From the NCBI GenBank assembly GCA_947626665.1, contig CANQTB010000001.1:1-37059 (forward strand): DNA of 37,059 nucleotides. The letters run 5' to 3'. This document shows positions 15,993 to 25,360 of the stretch, piece by piece. Below the pieces are notes generated by a model, which was not told where the DNA came from, did not search any database, and saw only the letters and a list, made by a program, of their open reading frames with translations. How positions within the stretch are numbered: position 1 is the first letter of the stretch; every line of letters starts with the position of its first letter. This stretch comes from an uncultured Eggerthellaceae bacterium (GTDB lineage Bacteria; Actinomycetota; Coriobacteriia; Coriobacteriales; Eggerthellaceae). Position numbers and translations under genes: made by a program.

Positions 15993-18989
15993 TCACGCAT
16001 CGAAGCGCCGCAATCTTTCCGTTGCCTCATGCACGGAGAGCACCGAAATATTCTTCGACGGCATCGAGTTGAGAAACGCCTTCCCATAGCTTTTTGTCAC
16101 AAGACGACGATCGGCAAGGATAAGCACTCCCCTATCATCGGCCTTCCGAATCAGACGTCCCGCCGCTTGCTTCACTTCAAGCACAGCGGCGGGAAGCGTA
16201 TAGCGACGCCACGCAGCATCATCGCGTGCCATGCGCTCGCATGAAAGGGGATCGGAGGGCTTTGCAAACGGCAGCTTCGGCACGATAACTCCACGAAGCG
16301 TCGAACCTGGGGCATCGAAGCCTTCCCAAAAGCTCTTCAACGCAAAAAGCGAAAGGCTTTTATCGGAGAGAAAATCATCTCGCAGCCCTTTCACCGACAC
16401 GCCCCATTTCTGGCAAACAAGGCGAAGTCCATGTGCCTTCAGCGCCGGAGAAACTTCTTCGAAGCACGCTTCCATCTCGCGTCTATTGGTAAAAAGCGTA
16501 AGCATCGATCCGCCTTGTGCGATATGGGCATCGATCAAAAGCCGTTGGAGAGCAGCAAGGTAATGTGCGTCGTTGGGCTCGGGTAAATCGTTGATAACGT
16601 AAATCGCCATGTTGCGATCGTAATCGAAACTCGAATGAAGCATGAGGGTCTTTGTTTGTGACGCCTCGGTCTCATTCAAGCCCATCGCCTCTTCGAACGC
16701 TTGGAAGCTCTTCCCTACGGCTAGCGTCGCGGAGGAAAACACAACCGCGTTCGTGTTGGCATAATACGTTTCGTTGAGACAATCTCCCACATGGAGGAGC
16801 TGCGCTTCCAGCTTGTCTTCGGTTTGCTCGTGCTTCTTCGACAATGTAGCCGAATAAACATATGCCGGCTGTGGATGGAAGATAATGACGTCTGCCGCCT
16901 GGATGAGGTCTTTCATGAACAGCGTGAGAGATGCGATCTCGCGCTGACACGTTTCCGCCCCTTCCTTATCATCAAGCAAGACAACAAGGTCCTGCATCGC
17001 CGTTATGGCCTTTTCGGCTTGATCGATCGCCACCCGCGCAAAACCCGTTAAAGCGGAGAAGATCGATGAGGCTCGTATATCGTCGTTTATCCAAAGCTCA
17101 CAGGTTTCATATCCCTTTGTCTTGCGCCCCGTTTCAAAATAGAGCAGATCGGAGAAATGCGAGCCCAATTCCCTCGCAGCCGAAGCAAACCCATCAAAGG
17201 CAATCCGCGCCTTATTGCACAGTGCATATTCGAAATCCGTTGAAAGATAGTTCATGGCTTGGGAAAACGCCGGACTCTTTTCAAGCATGCGATGGATCGT
17301 GGCGCTCTCGATGCGCAAAGAAAGCGCCGAGCGAGCTTCGCGTTCCGCTCCATGCGCCTCATCGATGACCCAATAGTTCAGATGGGGCAGCAACCCCCCC
17401 TCTGCGGCTACATCGCAAAACAAAAGGCTCTGGTTTGTCACAACGATATGCGCGTTTTCGGCCTTTCGCCGTGCTCCATGCACAAAGCAGGCATTTCCGT
17501 AATACGGGCACTTTCTCCGTAAACATTCATGACTTGTCGTGGTGATAGCTCGTCGCGGCAGAAGACGATAGTCGATCTTCAGCCCGTCAAGATCGTCATA
17601 TTCGGTCTGCTCGATATACGAAAGCAAAGCCGCAAGCGGGGCAGCCTGCGAATACATGATATTGTTGACGTTTTTCAAGCGCGGCCCCTCTTTGGCGATG
17701 CGCTCAATTTTTCGCAAACACGCATAATGGGGAAATCCTTTGAGCGCCGTATACGTAAGCGGCTTTTCCTGTGTTTCATCATGCAAAGGTATCGAACTCG
17801 CAAGAAGGGGGAGCTCTTTTGAGATCAGCTGATCAAGCAGGGCATTTGTTTTCGTGGCAATACCGACGCCGATATCATTGCGATATGCCAAAAGAGCGGC
17901 AGGAACCAGATACGCCATCGACTTGCCAACGCCTGTTCCCGCTTCAATGGCAAGATTGGTAGAAGTTTCAAAGGCATGGCGAACCGCTCGAGCCATCTCA
18001 CGCTGCTCTGAGCGTCCTTCATAATCCGGATAAAAATCCCCAACGAGGCCTTTTTTCGAGAATGCCCGATCAATCTCGGCCTCTGAGGGAAACCTCAGAA
18101 GCATGCTTTCTTCAGGAGAAAGCTCTCTTTTCTGCACCTTCTCATGGTAACCATGGGCATTCTTTCCGTTTTGATGCGCTCCGGCTTGCCCGCCTGCCGA
18201 AGCAAGCCGGCTCTTTCGCAGATGCGAGAGGGAAAAAGATGTTTTTCCCAGGTCTTTCCGTTCAGAGAAGATACGAAACACTTCCACCGTCGACCAGATC
18301 TCCGCCGGTGCCATCTTCGCTATAAGCGCAACTAGCTCATCGGGCATCGCATCCACCGCAGCGAGGAGAATGCGGAAGAGGGAGCACGTGGCCGCTACAT
18401 CCTCGTCAGCTCGATGCGTGGAAAGAGGGGCCCCAAATGCTTTCACGAGGTCGATAAGACGATGAGAGCGCATTCGAGGCAGGGCGATCCGTGCCAAATC
18501 CAGCGAATCGATCCACAGATTGTCAAGCAAGGCAGACCCGGCAAGGCGTTGTGTCGTAAACCCACGGTCGAACTCCACGTTGTGGGCAACGATTTTCGCA
18601 TCTTTGACAAACGCCACCAACCCCTCGAGGGCCTCTTCTGATGAGGGCGCATCTTTCACCTGATCATCATGGATATTTGTTAAATGGACAATATCGTCGG
18701 GAATGGGTTTGCCCGGGTTTACGAATGTCATGAACTCATCGACGATCTGCCCTTTTTCCATGCGTGCCGCGGCGATTTGTATCAGTTCATCATGACGAAA
18801 CGACAATCCCGTCGTCTCTGTGTCGACGATGACGATATTGGTATCAAGCTCGCCATAATCGGCTTTTTGGGACTGTGACGGTAAAAGCGCATAACGCCAT
18901 GCCACGTCATTGGGCGTGTTTGCACTCAGGAAGGGTGTAAGCGTCTTCATGGTCTCCATGACTTTCATGTCTGATGACGAAATTTTCAT
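15993..18989 (-). CDS. dinG: DnaQ-type 3'-5' exonuclease fused to a DinG/XPD-family helicase
   Basis: Exo motifs VDTETTGL, AHNVEFD and HRADEDV. Walker A AGTGVGKS. DEAH box VIDEAHG. Cysteines at YACLRK and HECLRRKCPYYGNACF. Confidence 0.85.
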   Translation of the reverse strand: MKISSSDMKVMETMKTLTPFLSANTPNDVAWRYALLPSQSQKADYGELDTNIVIVDTETTGLSFRHDELIQIAAARMEKGQIVDEFMTFVNPGKPIPDDIVHLTNIHDDQVKDAPSSEEALEGLVAFVKDAKIVAHNVEFDRGFTTQRLAGSALLDNLWIDSLDLARIALPRMRSHRLIDLVKAFGAPLSTHRADEDVAATCSLFRILLAAVDAMPDELVALIAKMAPAEIWSTVEVFRIFSERKDLGKTSFSLSHLRKSRLASAGGQAGAHQNGKNAHGYHEKVQKRELSPEESMLLRFPSEAEIDRAFSKKGLVGDFYPDYEGRSEQREMARAVRHAFETSTNLAIEAGTGVGKSMAYLVPAALLAYRNDIGVGIATKTNALLDQLISKELPLLASSIPLHDETQEKPLTYTALKGFPHYACLRKIERIAKEGPRLKNVNNIMYSQAAPLAALLSYIEQTEYDDLDGLKIDYRLLPRRAITTTSHECLRRKCPYYGNACFVHGARRKAENAHIVVTNQSLLFCDVAAEGGLLPHLNYWVIDEAHGAEREARSALSLRIESATIHRMLEKSPAFSQAMNYLSTDFEYALCNKARIAFDGFASAARELGSHFSDLLYFETGRKTKGYETCELWINDDIRASSIFSALTGFARVAIDQAEKAITAMQDLVVLLDDKEGAETCQREIASLTLFMKDLIQAADVIIFHPQPAYVYSATLSKKHEQTEDKLEAQLLHVGDCLNETYYANTNAVVFSSATLAVGKSFQAFEEAMGLNETEASQTKTLMLHSSFDYDRNMAIYVINDLPEPNDAHYLAALQRLLIDAHIAQGGSMLTLFTNRREMEACFEEVSPALKAHGLRLVCQKWGVSVKGLRDDFLSDKSLSLFALKSFWEGFDAPGSTLRGVIVPKLPFAKPSDPLSCERMARDDAAWRRYTLPAAVLEVKQAAGRLIRKADDRGVLILADRRLVTKSYGKAFLNSMPSKNISVLSVHEATERLRRFDA

Positions 18990-19155
18990 GGTTCTCTTGC
19001 TGCGTTAACCTTTCCCTTCGCTTTTCTATTCGCCCTATTCTATCGTTTTCTCTTCAAAGTATCCTTTGTCAACGTCCATTTCCTCGACTATGATACGAAG
19101 CAACTTTATCAAGAAGTTATGCGTATAGGCCAAAAGCTCCACTTTAAGAGGCGTT

Positions 19156-19785
19156 ATGGAAGATTTTTTCGCGTGTTACCATGATTTCTCGACCGTATCG
19201 AAGAGCGATGCTGCTGTTCTTCTCGGAGCGGATTGCCTTGTCGGCGATGTGTTGGAGGTTAAGCTCACACTCGAAAACAAACACCGGGCCTGGTTGATCA
19301 GCCGCTTCGATCAGCGTGTTGGATATTTCGATGAGGAATTCTCGCGGCAGCTCTCTGTTTTAGCTGCTCGAGGGCTTGCCATTACCGCCATTCTCTCCTT
19401 TACCGCTTTCACCGATCAGCCCGAGCCGGGTTATTACTGGGGACAAGCTGCGGTTATCGCTTACAAGGGGGAAGAGCCCGCGTTTGAGGCTTTCATCCAA
19501 AATCTCTCGAAAAAAATTGGCGAAGGGGTAAGACCGCTTCTCGATCTCGGAAGCCAAAGTGTTCAAAAAATCATCGAATGCAACGGAACATGGCTTCCCA
19601 GCCAGACCATCGCGCTTCCCGAGAAAAAGCGCGGTACGGCAATACTTAAAACCCACCGTTCATTGAGTGAGAAGCTTATTGAAAAAGGACGTGCAGGAAA
19701 TAAAGGGTGCTACGCTGTCAGTTGGATCTTTTTGCTGCTTCTGGTCGCTTTGATCATCTGGGGTTTGTTCTCGCTCTTCACGTAA
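19156..19785 (+). CDS. hypothetical tail-anchored membrane protein
   Basis: 209 aa. One C-terminal TM segment (VSWIFLLLLVALIIWGLFSLF). I recognise no motif. Confidence 0.55.
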   Translation: MEDFFACYHDFSTVSKSDAAVLLGADCLVGDVLEVKLTLENKHRAWLISRFDQRVGYFDEEFSRQLSVLAARGLAITAILSFTAFTDQPEPGYYWGQAAVIAYKGEEPAFEAFIQNLSKKIGEGVRPLLDLGSQSVQKIIECNGTWLPSQTIALPEKKRGTAILKTHRSLSEKLIEKGRAGNKGCYAVSWIFLLLLVALIIWGLFSLFT

Positions 19786-19787
19786 CT

Positions 19788-20807
19788 TTAGCTTGAACTG
19801 AGCGCCATTTTCACCAATCGAGCGCATAGCTCAGGAAACTCGACACCTTCTGCACGGGCCGCATCCGGCAAAAGTGAGGTTTTTGTCATGCCGGGGATGG
19901 TATTCGTCTCCAATATCCAAAACCGCCCTTCGCTATCCAAGATAAAATCCGAACGCGATGCCCCGCTGCACCCAAGAGCTTGGTGCGCCTTGATCGCCAA
20001 TTTCTTCACTTCTTCTGTTTTCTCCTCTGAAAGAGGTGCCGGACACAGATGCTCAGAGCCACCTGGTTCGTATTTTGATGCGAAATCATAGAATTCATTC
20101 TTTGGCACGATCTCTATCACGGGAAGTGCGTGGGCAACATTTGAACCTACGACGGCAACGGTATACTCCCTCCCTTGAACAAATTGTTCGATGAGAACAC
20201 GTTCTGCGATGTCGAACGCTTTCTTCAGGGCTTCCTTCACATCCTCTTCCGTCCCGACGATGGAAACGCCATATGAACTTCCCTCACATACGGGCTTGAC
20301 AACACAGAGGGGTAAAAATTCTCGGGCAACTTCTTTTGCGATGCGATCGAGGGCCTCTTCATCCTCAGCCACCATTTGCCGATTTACCTCGATTGAACGC
20401 GGTACGAGAATTCCGGCTTCACGATAGACAGACTTTGCCCTTGATTTGTCATAGGCAAGCGCAGAGGCAGAAACATCCGATCCGGTATAGGGCACACCTA
20501 TTGTCTGAAGAAAGCCCTGTATCGAACCATCTTCCCCATTTTTTCCATGAAGACAGAGAAATGCCACATCAAACGGGGTCTCAAAGAGAAGACGCATCTG
20601 ATCTTTCTGCGCAGGATCAATCATTTGCGTGCGAAATCCCGCCTCTTGAAGCGCTTCCTGTGTCGCCTTTCCGGAAGCGAGTGAAATGTCCCGTTCGGTG
20701 CTGGAGCCGCCTGCAAGCACCGCTACCGTTGTTGTCTGTGCAAACTCAGAGTTCGCGATATTTTCACTTTGAAGAAAACCATCGTACATATGTTCTAAGC
20801 ATGTCAT
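19788..20807 (-). CDS. ddl: D-alanine--D-alanine ligase
   Basis: FLCLHGKNGEDGSIQG, GSSYGVS and LETNTIPGMT strings. ATP-grasp layout. Confidence 0.9.
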   Translation of the reverse strand: MTCLEHMYDGFLQSENIANSEFAQTTTVAVLAGGSSTERDISLASGKATQEALQEAGFRTQMIDPAQKDQMRLLFETPFDVAFLCLHGKNGEDGSIQGFLQTIGVPYTGSDVSASALAYDKSRAKSVYREAGILVPRSIEVNRQMVAEDEEALDRIAKEVAREFLPLCVVKPVCEGSSYGVSIVGTEEDVKEALKKAFDIAERVLIEQFVQGREYTVAVVGSNVAHALPVIEIVPKNEFYDFASKYEPGGSEHLCPAPLSEEKTEEVKKLAIKAHQALGCSGASRSDFILDSEGRFWILETNTIPGMTKTSLLPDAARAEGVEFPELCARLVKMALSSS

Positions 20808-20867
20808 TGGCGAATGTTCTCCTTGAAACCTCTCGCTATCTGTCGCCTTACTTTACTATAATATCGT

Positions 20868-21893
20868 GTGATGGCAGACGTATTAAGAACATACTCTGAA
20901 GAAAACCTAAAACAAGTGGTCACCGATTTGGGTCAGCCTTCCTATCGGGTAAAACAGCTTGTCGAATGGCTGTTTGTTCATCCGGTTCTTTCCTATGATG
21001 AAATGACAAACCTCCCCGCTTCTTTCCGAAAGGCGCTTAAGGAACGGTTTCCCTTGCTTCCCCCGCGCATTTACAATCGCCAGATATCACGTGATGGTTC
21101 TCGTAAATACGTATTGCAACTCGATGATGACTCTTTGATCGAAATGGTTGCTATGCCCCAGGAGAAAGATCGCCTGAGCGTTTGCCTCTCTACGCAGGTT
21201 GGCTGCCCACTTCAATGTATCTTTTGCGCAACCGGACGCGAGGGATTTCAACGGAACCTCCGCGCTGATGAAATTGTTGACCAAGTTATCATCGCTCAGA
21301 ACGATTTCAATATGAGGGTTTCCCATGTGCTTGCCATGGGGCAAGGGGAGCCATTTCTCAACTACGATAACCTTATGGACGCTTTGCACGTCCTTAACGA
21401 TCCTCATCGGATGGCGATTGGTTCACGCCATATCACCATTTCAACAAGCGGAATGATTAAAGGAATCGAACGTCTCGCTTCCGAACCTGATCAATTCACC
21501 TTAGCTGTTTCTTTGCATGCTGCGATCCAGAGCCTTCGCGATAAGCTGATGCCGAAAATGGCCTCGCAACCACTTGATATGCTTCATCAGGCTCTGATAA
21601 CGTATTACAAGAAAACAAGACGGCGCTTCACGTTGGAATATGTGCTGATCGATAAGGTTAACGACTCCCCCGCATGCCTTGAGGCTCTTATCGATTTCTG
21701 TCAATATCTGCATTGCCATGTTAATCTCATCCCGTTGAATGACACCGGCGACGAAGGTTTTAAACCTTCTGGATCGAGAACCCTCAACCAATGGCAAAAC
21801 ACACTCATTCAGCATCATATAGAAACAACTGTGCGTAATTCACGTGGTGCCGATATCATGGGCGCCTGCGGCCAATTGAAGAACTCTCTCTAA
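20868..21893 (+). CDS. rlmN: 23S rRNA/tRNA adenine-C2 methyltransferase (radical SAM)
   Basis: CPLQCIFCATG (CX3CX2C), GMGEP-like MGQGEPFLN, and the C-terminal GADIMGACGQL motif. Confidence 0.92.
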   Translation: MMADVLRTYSEENLKQVVTDLGQPSYRVKQLVEWLFVHPVLSYDEMTNLPASFRKALKERFPLLPPRIYNRQISRDGSRKYVLQLDDDSLIEMVAMPQEKDRLSVCLSTQVGCPLQCIFCATGREGFQRNLRADEIVDQVIIAQNDFNMRVSHVLAMGQGEPFLNYDNLMDALHVLNDPHRMAIGSRHITISTSGMIKGIERLASEPDQFTLAVSLHAAIQSLRDKLMPKMASQPLDMLHQALITYYKKTRRRFTLEYVLIDKVNDSPACLEALIDFCQYLHCHVNLIPLNDTGDEGFKPSGSRTLNQWQNTLIQHHIETTVRNSRGADIMGACGQLKNSL

Positions 21894-21951
21894 TTGCGAC
21901 GTTTTTCCGAACAGCGCGCGTAATAGAGGCTGCGGCCTTACGTGGCACACC

Positions 21952-22110
21952 GCTCGGCATTCACTTTCAACCCCCTCTGCCCCTCGCGAAACATTTTGTC
22001 TCTTAGGTTAAGCTAGTAAGTAAGCGAGGGTTCTCCTCGTACGTGAGATTTCCCCGTCACCCGGCTGAGTGTACTTTGGTACACGAGGGCAAGGGTGAAA
22101 GGGGAAAAAT
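21952..22110 (+). repeat. structured repeat module A (X-prime arm, Y core, degenerate X-like arm)
   Basis: 21952-21990 is the reverse complement of 24291-24330, about 31 of 40 positions by hand alignment. 22012-22076 aligns with 24450-24514, about 52 of 65. 22082-22104 is a weaker inverted match to 21961-21990. Confidence 0.5.
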
Positions 22111-22174
22111 TGCGTGCGGGAAGAAGACACAGCGTCAGCTTGTTCCGCTGTTTGTCAAAACGGCGGAACATTAA

Positions 22175-22190
22175 TGTTTCACGTGAAACA
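22175..22190. promoter_or_regulatory. parS: parS centromere-like site (TGTTTCACGTGAAACA)
   Basis: Perfect match to the 16-bp parS consensus palindrome. It ends 5 bp before the parB stop codon. Confidence 0.85.
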
Positions 22191-22195
22191 TTTAT

Positions 22196-23248
22196 TTAGG
22201 CAGTAGTGGCACTTAAGCTATCAAAAAGTTTCTCAAGCTCTTCTTCGTCTTTGAACTCTATCTCGAGCTTGTTCTTTCCGTGAGATGATTTCACTCTCAC
22301 ATTGGTATTAAGAATTTTACGCAGGGCATGTGCCACCGAGGTATAACGCTCAGGAAGAGGTTCGCGCTTTGATGTGGATTTCTTACCAGAGAGAAGCCTC
22401 GCAATATTTTCCGTCTCTCGCACGCTTAAATTATCGGCTATAACTTTTTGCGTAAGCTTTTCGCGATTTTCCTTCGTCGGAACAGAGAGAATGGCACGTG
22501 CATGCCCGGGAGTGATCTTCTCTTCGTAAAGTAGCTGCTGTGCCGATTCTGGAAGATCAAGAAGGCGAAGCGCATTGGCTATTGTCGAGCGCCCTTTCGA
22601 CATCATTTGAGCAACATCGGACTGTGTAAGCTTTTGACGCTCCATCAATCGTTTGTATCCGTAGGCTTCTTCGATCGGATTCAAGTCAACACGTTGTAAA
22701 TTCTCTATAAGGGAAAGCTCCAATGCCTTGTCAGGATCGGCCTCTTTGATACGAATGGGGATTTTCTTCATGCCGAGAGATTTACATGCCTGCCAACGTC
22801 TTTCACCTGCAATGATTTGATAGGTGTTTGGCATGATCATACGAACGAGAATAGGCTGAAGTACACCATCTTTCTTAATGGATGCCGCTAATTCCTCGAT
22901 CTCTTCCTTATTGAAGCTTGTTCGTGGTTGATCGGGATTCGGCGAAACTTCGTTTATAGGAACTTCCTCTACCTGGCGAGTGACGATTTCCTTTATTTCG
23001 ATATTATCTTCGGAAGACTCTTTTTGCCCCCTATTTGCTGCTTGTGGTGACGTTGCACCGTTATCAATAGGTTTTTGCTCACGTATTGGTGAAACTTTCT
23101 CAGTTTGAACTGACCGTTCTACAATTATCGCTTCTTCAGCACGTTTTTCATCAACAACAACATTTACTTCGCGTGCGTGATCCTCAGTAGTCGCATTTAA
23201 GAGCGATCCGAGGCCTCTTCCCAGGCCTCCTTTTGTCGTTTTAGCCAC
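22196..23248 (-). CDS. parB: chromosome partitioning protein ParB/Spo0J
   Basis: GLGRGLGSLL and the ParB box IIAGERRWQA. HTH region, and position downstream of parA. There is a variable linker of about 90 aa after the N-terminal motif. Confidence 0.93.
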   Translation of the reverse strand: MAKTTKGGLGRGLGSLLNATTEDHAREVNVVVDEKRAEEAIIVERSVQTEKVSPIREQKPIDNGATSPQAANRGQKESSEDNIEIKEIVTRQVEEVPINEVSPNPDQPRTSFNKEEIEELAASIKKDGVLQPILVRMIMPNTYQIIAGERRWQACKSLGMKKIPIRIKEADPDKALELSLIENLQRVDLNPIEEAYGYKRLMERQKLTQSDVAQMMSKGRSTIANALRLLDLPESAQQLLYEEKITPGHARAILSVPTKENREKLTQKVIADNLSVRETENIARLLSGKKSTSKREPLPERYTSVAHALRKILNTNVRVKSSHGKNKLEIEFKDEEELEKLFDSLSATTA

Positions 23249-24209
23249 GTTTGATCACTTCCTCTGCTAATTGCACATAAGCTTGGGCACCTTTTCCCGT
23301 TGGATCATATTCGATAATAGGCTGTCCGAAACTTGGCGCCTCTGAAAGTTTAACGGTTCGCGGAATAAGCGTTTCAAACACTTCTTTCCCAAAATAACGA
23401 CGTACTTCTTCCGCTACTTGACGTGAAAGCATTGTCCTTCCGTCATACATAGTAAGAAGAACGCCAAAAATCTCAAGAGATGGATTTATGTGTGTTTTGA
23501 CACGTTTCATTGAATCAAGAAGTTTTGTCACGCCCTCCAATGCATAAAACTCGCATTGTATCGGGATCAGGAGCTTATCTGCAGCTGCAAGAGCATTTAC
23601 GGTGAGAAGTCCAAGAGATGGCGGACAATCGATAAAAATATAGTCGTATTTCCCTCTCATAACGCCAATAGCGCTCTTGAGCCTGTTCTCACGCGCCATC
23701 ACGGGAACAAGCTCAACTTCAGCTCCAGCTAGATCGATTGTTGCCGGCACCAAATCCAATCCGCGATAAATATCGGGCAGGATTGCTTCCTCGATTGGCA
23801 TCTCGTTGAGCAAGATATCGTAAACACTGCTCGGCACCGAACTCTTCTCGATCCCTAATCCGCTTGTTGTATTGCCTTGAGGATCTAAATCGACAAGAAG
23901 AACCTGTTTTCCCCGAGCTCCGAGTGCAGCAGAAAGGTTAATTGCCGTTGTTGATTTACCTACTCCGCCTTTTTGGTTGATAATAGCGATTATCTTCGTT
24001 TGTCCAACGACACGATTGACGGGTTTCTTGTCTTTATAAGACTTGATTTCTTTGAAATCGGTACGGTCTTCAGGCGTTACATCACGAATAACAACCTCAA
24101 CGTCCTCAATATCGATTTCCTTTTTCTGTTCCTGTTGCGGATTTATTTTCTCTTCCTCGACAGTCTCTGCTACTTTTTTGTCACGTTTGCGACTATCAAA
24201 AAATCCCAC
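23241..24209 (-). CDS. parA: chromosome partitioning ATPase ParA/Soj
   Basis: Deviant Walker A NQKGGVGKSTT. 8-nt overlap with parB. Charged N-terminal extension of about 65 aa. Confidence 0.93.
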   Translation of the reverse strand: MGFFDSRKRDKKVAETVEEEKINPQQEQKKEIDIEDVEVVIRDVTPEDRTDFKEIKSYKDKKPVNRVVGQTKIIAIINQKGGVGKSTTAINLSAALGARGKQVLLVDLDPQGNTTSGLGIEKSSVPSSVYDILLNEMPIEEAILPDIYRGLDLVPATIDLAGAEVELVPVMARENRLKSAIGVMRGKYDYIFIDCPPSLGLLTVNALAAADKLLIPIQCEFYALEGVTKLLDSMKRVKTHINPSLEIFGVLLTMYDGRTMLSRQVAEEVRRYFGKEVFETLIPRTVKLSEAPSFGQPIIEYDPTGKGAQAYVQLAEEVIKRG

Positions 24210-24290
24210 AGGCGCCTCCTTTCGTGCTTTCTGTAAGAATAAAACAAAGAATTCTCTTTGCCTAGATTTTTATTACGTGGTTCGTGTATT

Positions 24291-24514
24291 TTCGCGAGGG
24301 GCTGAGGGAGCCCAAGAGTGAATGCCGAGCAGTTGAGAGATTCGCCAGAATGCTGAAAGCGGCGAATCCGCTCAACGTCCGCGAGGCCCTTGAACAGATA
24401 AGACCCTCGCCCGAGCGGAACGTAAAAACTTTTTCTCGCTCAGATAGACGCTAGTAAGTGAGCGAGGGTTCTTCTCGTGCCCAAGATTTCCCCGTTGACC
24501 GGTCGAGTTCACTT
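24291..24514 (+). repeat. structured repeat module B (X arm, hairpins, Y core)
   Basis: X is 24291-24330. A long hairpin spans 24332-24376 (GTTGAG-A-GATTCGCC...GGCGAATC-CG-CTCAAC). Y is 24450-24514. See module A. Confidence 0.5.
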
Positions 24515-24682
24515 CGCACACACAAAACATACCCAGTGGCATGTTTTGCAAGATCACTTACCATGTGGCAAGCGACAGATCGATTCTGGCGAAGAGTTCC
24601 GTGCACAAGAGAGGAGATGGGGCGCTGGAAGCCCTCATAGCGACAGATCATTCCGACGTTCTTCCGAACATCGGAAGAAAAA

Positions 24683-24698
24683 TGTTTCACGTGAAACA
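24683..24698. promoter_or_regulatory. parS: parS centromere-like site (TGTTTCACGTGAAACA)
   Basis: Perfect consensus, 2 bp from the rsmG stop codon. Embedded in AAAATGTTTCACGTGAAACATTTT, a palindrome with 12-bp arms. Confidence 0.85.
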
Positions 24699-24700
24699 TT

Positions 24701-25360
24701 TTAGAGAGGATGTTTTTGCGCGAAGCCCATTTTTCGCGGTAAGGAAATTTTTGGTTCTCCAACTTTTTCATATGTGACTATCTCACGTTTAGTCACCTTA
24801 TCACTCAAAACAAATTTTCGCGTCGATTTCTCTTTCATGCCTACCTGCGCAGACATATCTTGAGCTTGCTTCTTTTCGTCTTCGATATTTTGAGATTTAT
24901 AGCAAATGAGAATTCCCCCATGACAGAGAAGGGGAGAAGCAAGCTCAACTAAAGAAGGAAGAGATGCAAGTGCCCGAGCCGTTACAACAGAGAATTGCCC
25001 TCTCATTTCACAAGCAACTGCCTCTATTCTCTTATCGCAGACATGTATTTGCTCAGTTAGCCCACACCTTTGGATAATTTCTGATACCGCTGCGGCTTTT
25101 TTCTTAACGGATTCAATGAGATATGTCGTCCTTCCACTTTCAATCGCAAGAATAGCCCCAGGAAATCCTCCACCTGATCCCATGTCGGCATAAAGCCCCT
25201 GAGGAGCGTTATTCAATTCTGGCAATGCAGAAAGAGAATCCTCCACATGGAGGATTCTCGATTGCTCTTTATCGATTATACGGGTTAAATTGATCCGCTC
25301 ATTCGCTTTGATGACAAGGCGAACGTATTGATTGATCAGGGATTCTTTCTTATTGTTCAT
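24701..25360 (-). CDS. rsmG: 16S rRNA m7G527 methyltransferase
   Basis: SAM-binding motif DMGSGGGFPG. The start overlaps the jag stop (ATGA). Conserved position. Confidence 0.9.
   Translation of the reverse strand: MNNKKESLINQYVRLVIKANERINLTRIIDKEQSRILHVEDSLSALPELNNAPQGLYADMGSGGGFPGAILAIESGRTTYLIESVKKKAAAVSEIIQRCGLTEQIHVCDKRIEAVACEMRGQFSVVTARALASLPSLVELASPLLCHGGILICYKSQNIEDEKKQAQDMSAQVGMKEKSTRKFVLSDKVTKREIVTYEKVGEPKISLPRKMGFAQKHPL

Noticed and set aside
22046-22056. ATTTCCC(C) motif resembling a half Noc-binding site; it also occurs near 24487, 27881 and 30933
   Set aside because: The NBS is a 14-bp palindrome (ATTTCCCGGGAAAT). No palindromic partner half is present here, and Noc is, to my knowledge, confined to Firmicutes. 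The resemblance is probably coincidental.
24372-24777. Several 60-106-aa ORFs on both strands in the rsmG-parA gap
   Set aside because: They overlap one another, and one runs into rsmG. They lack Shine-Dalgarno sequences and motifs. I treat the region as non-coding, structured DNA/RNA.
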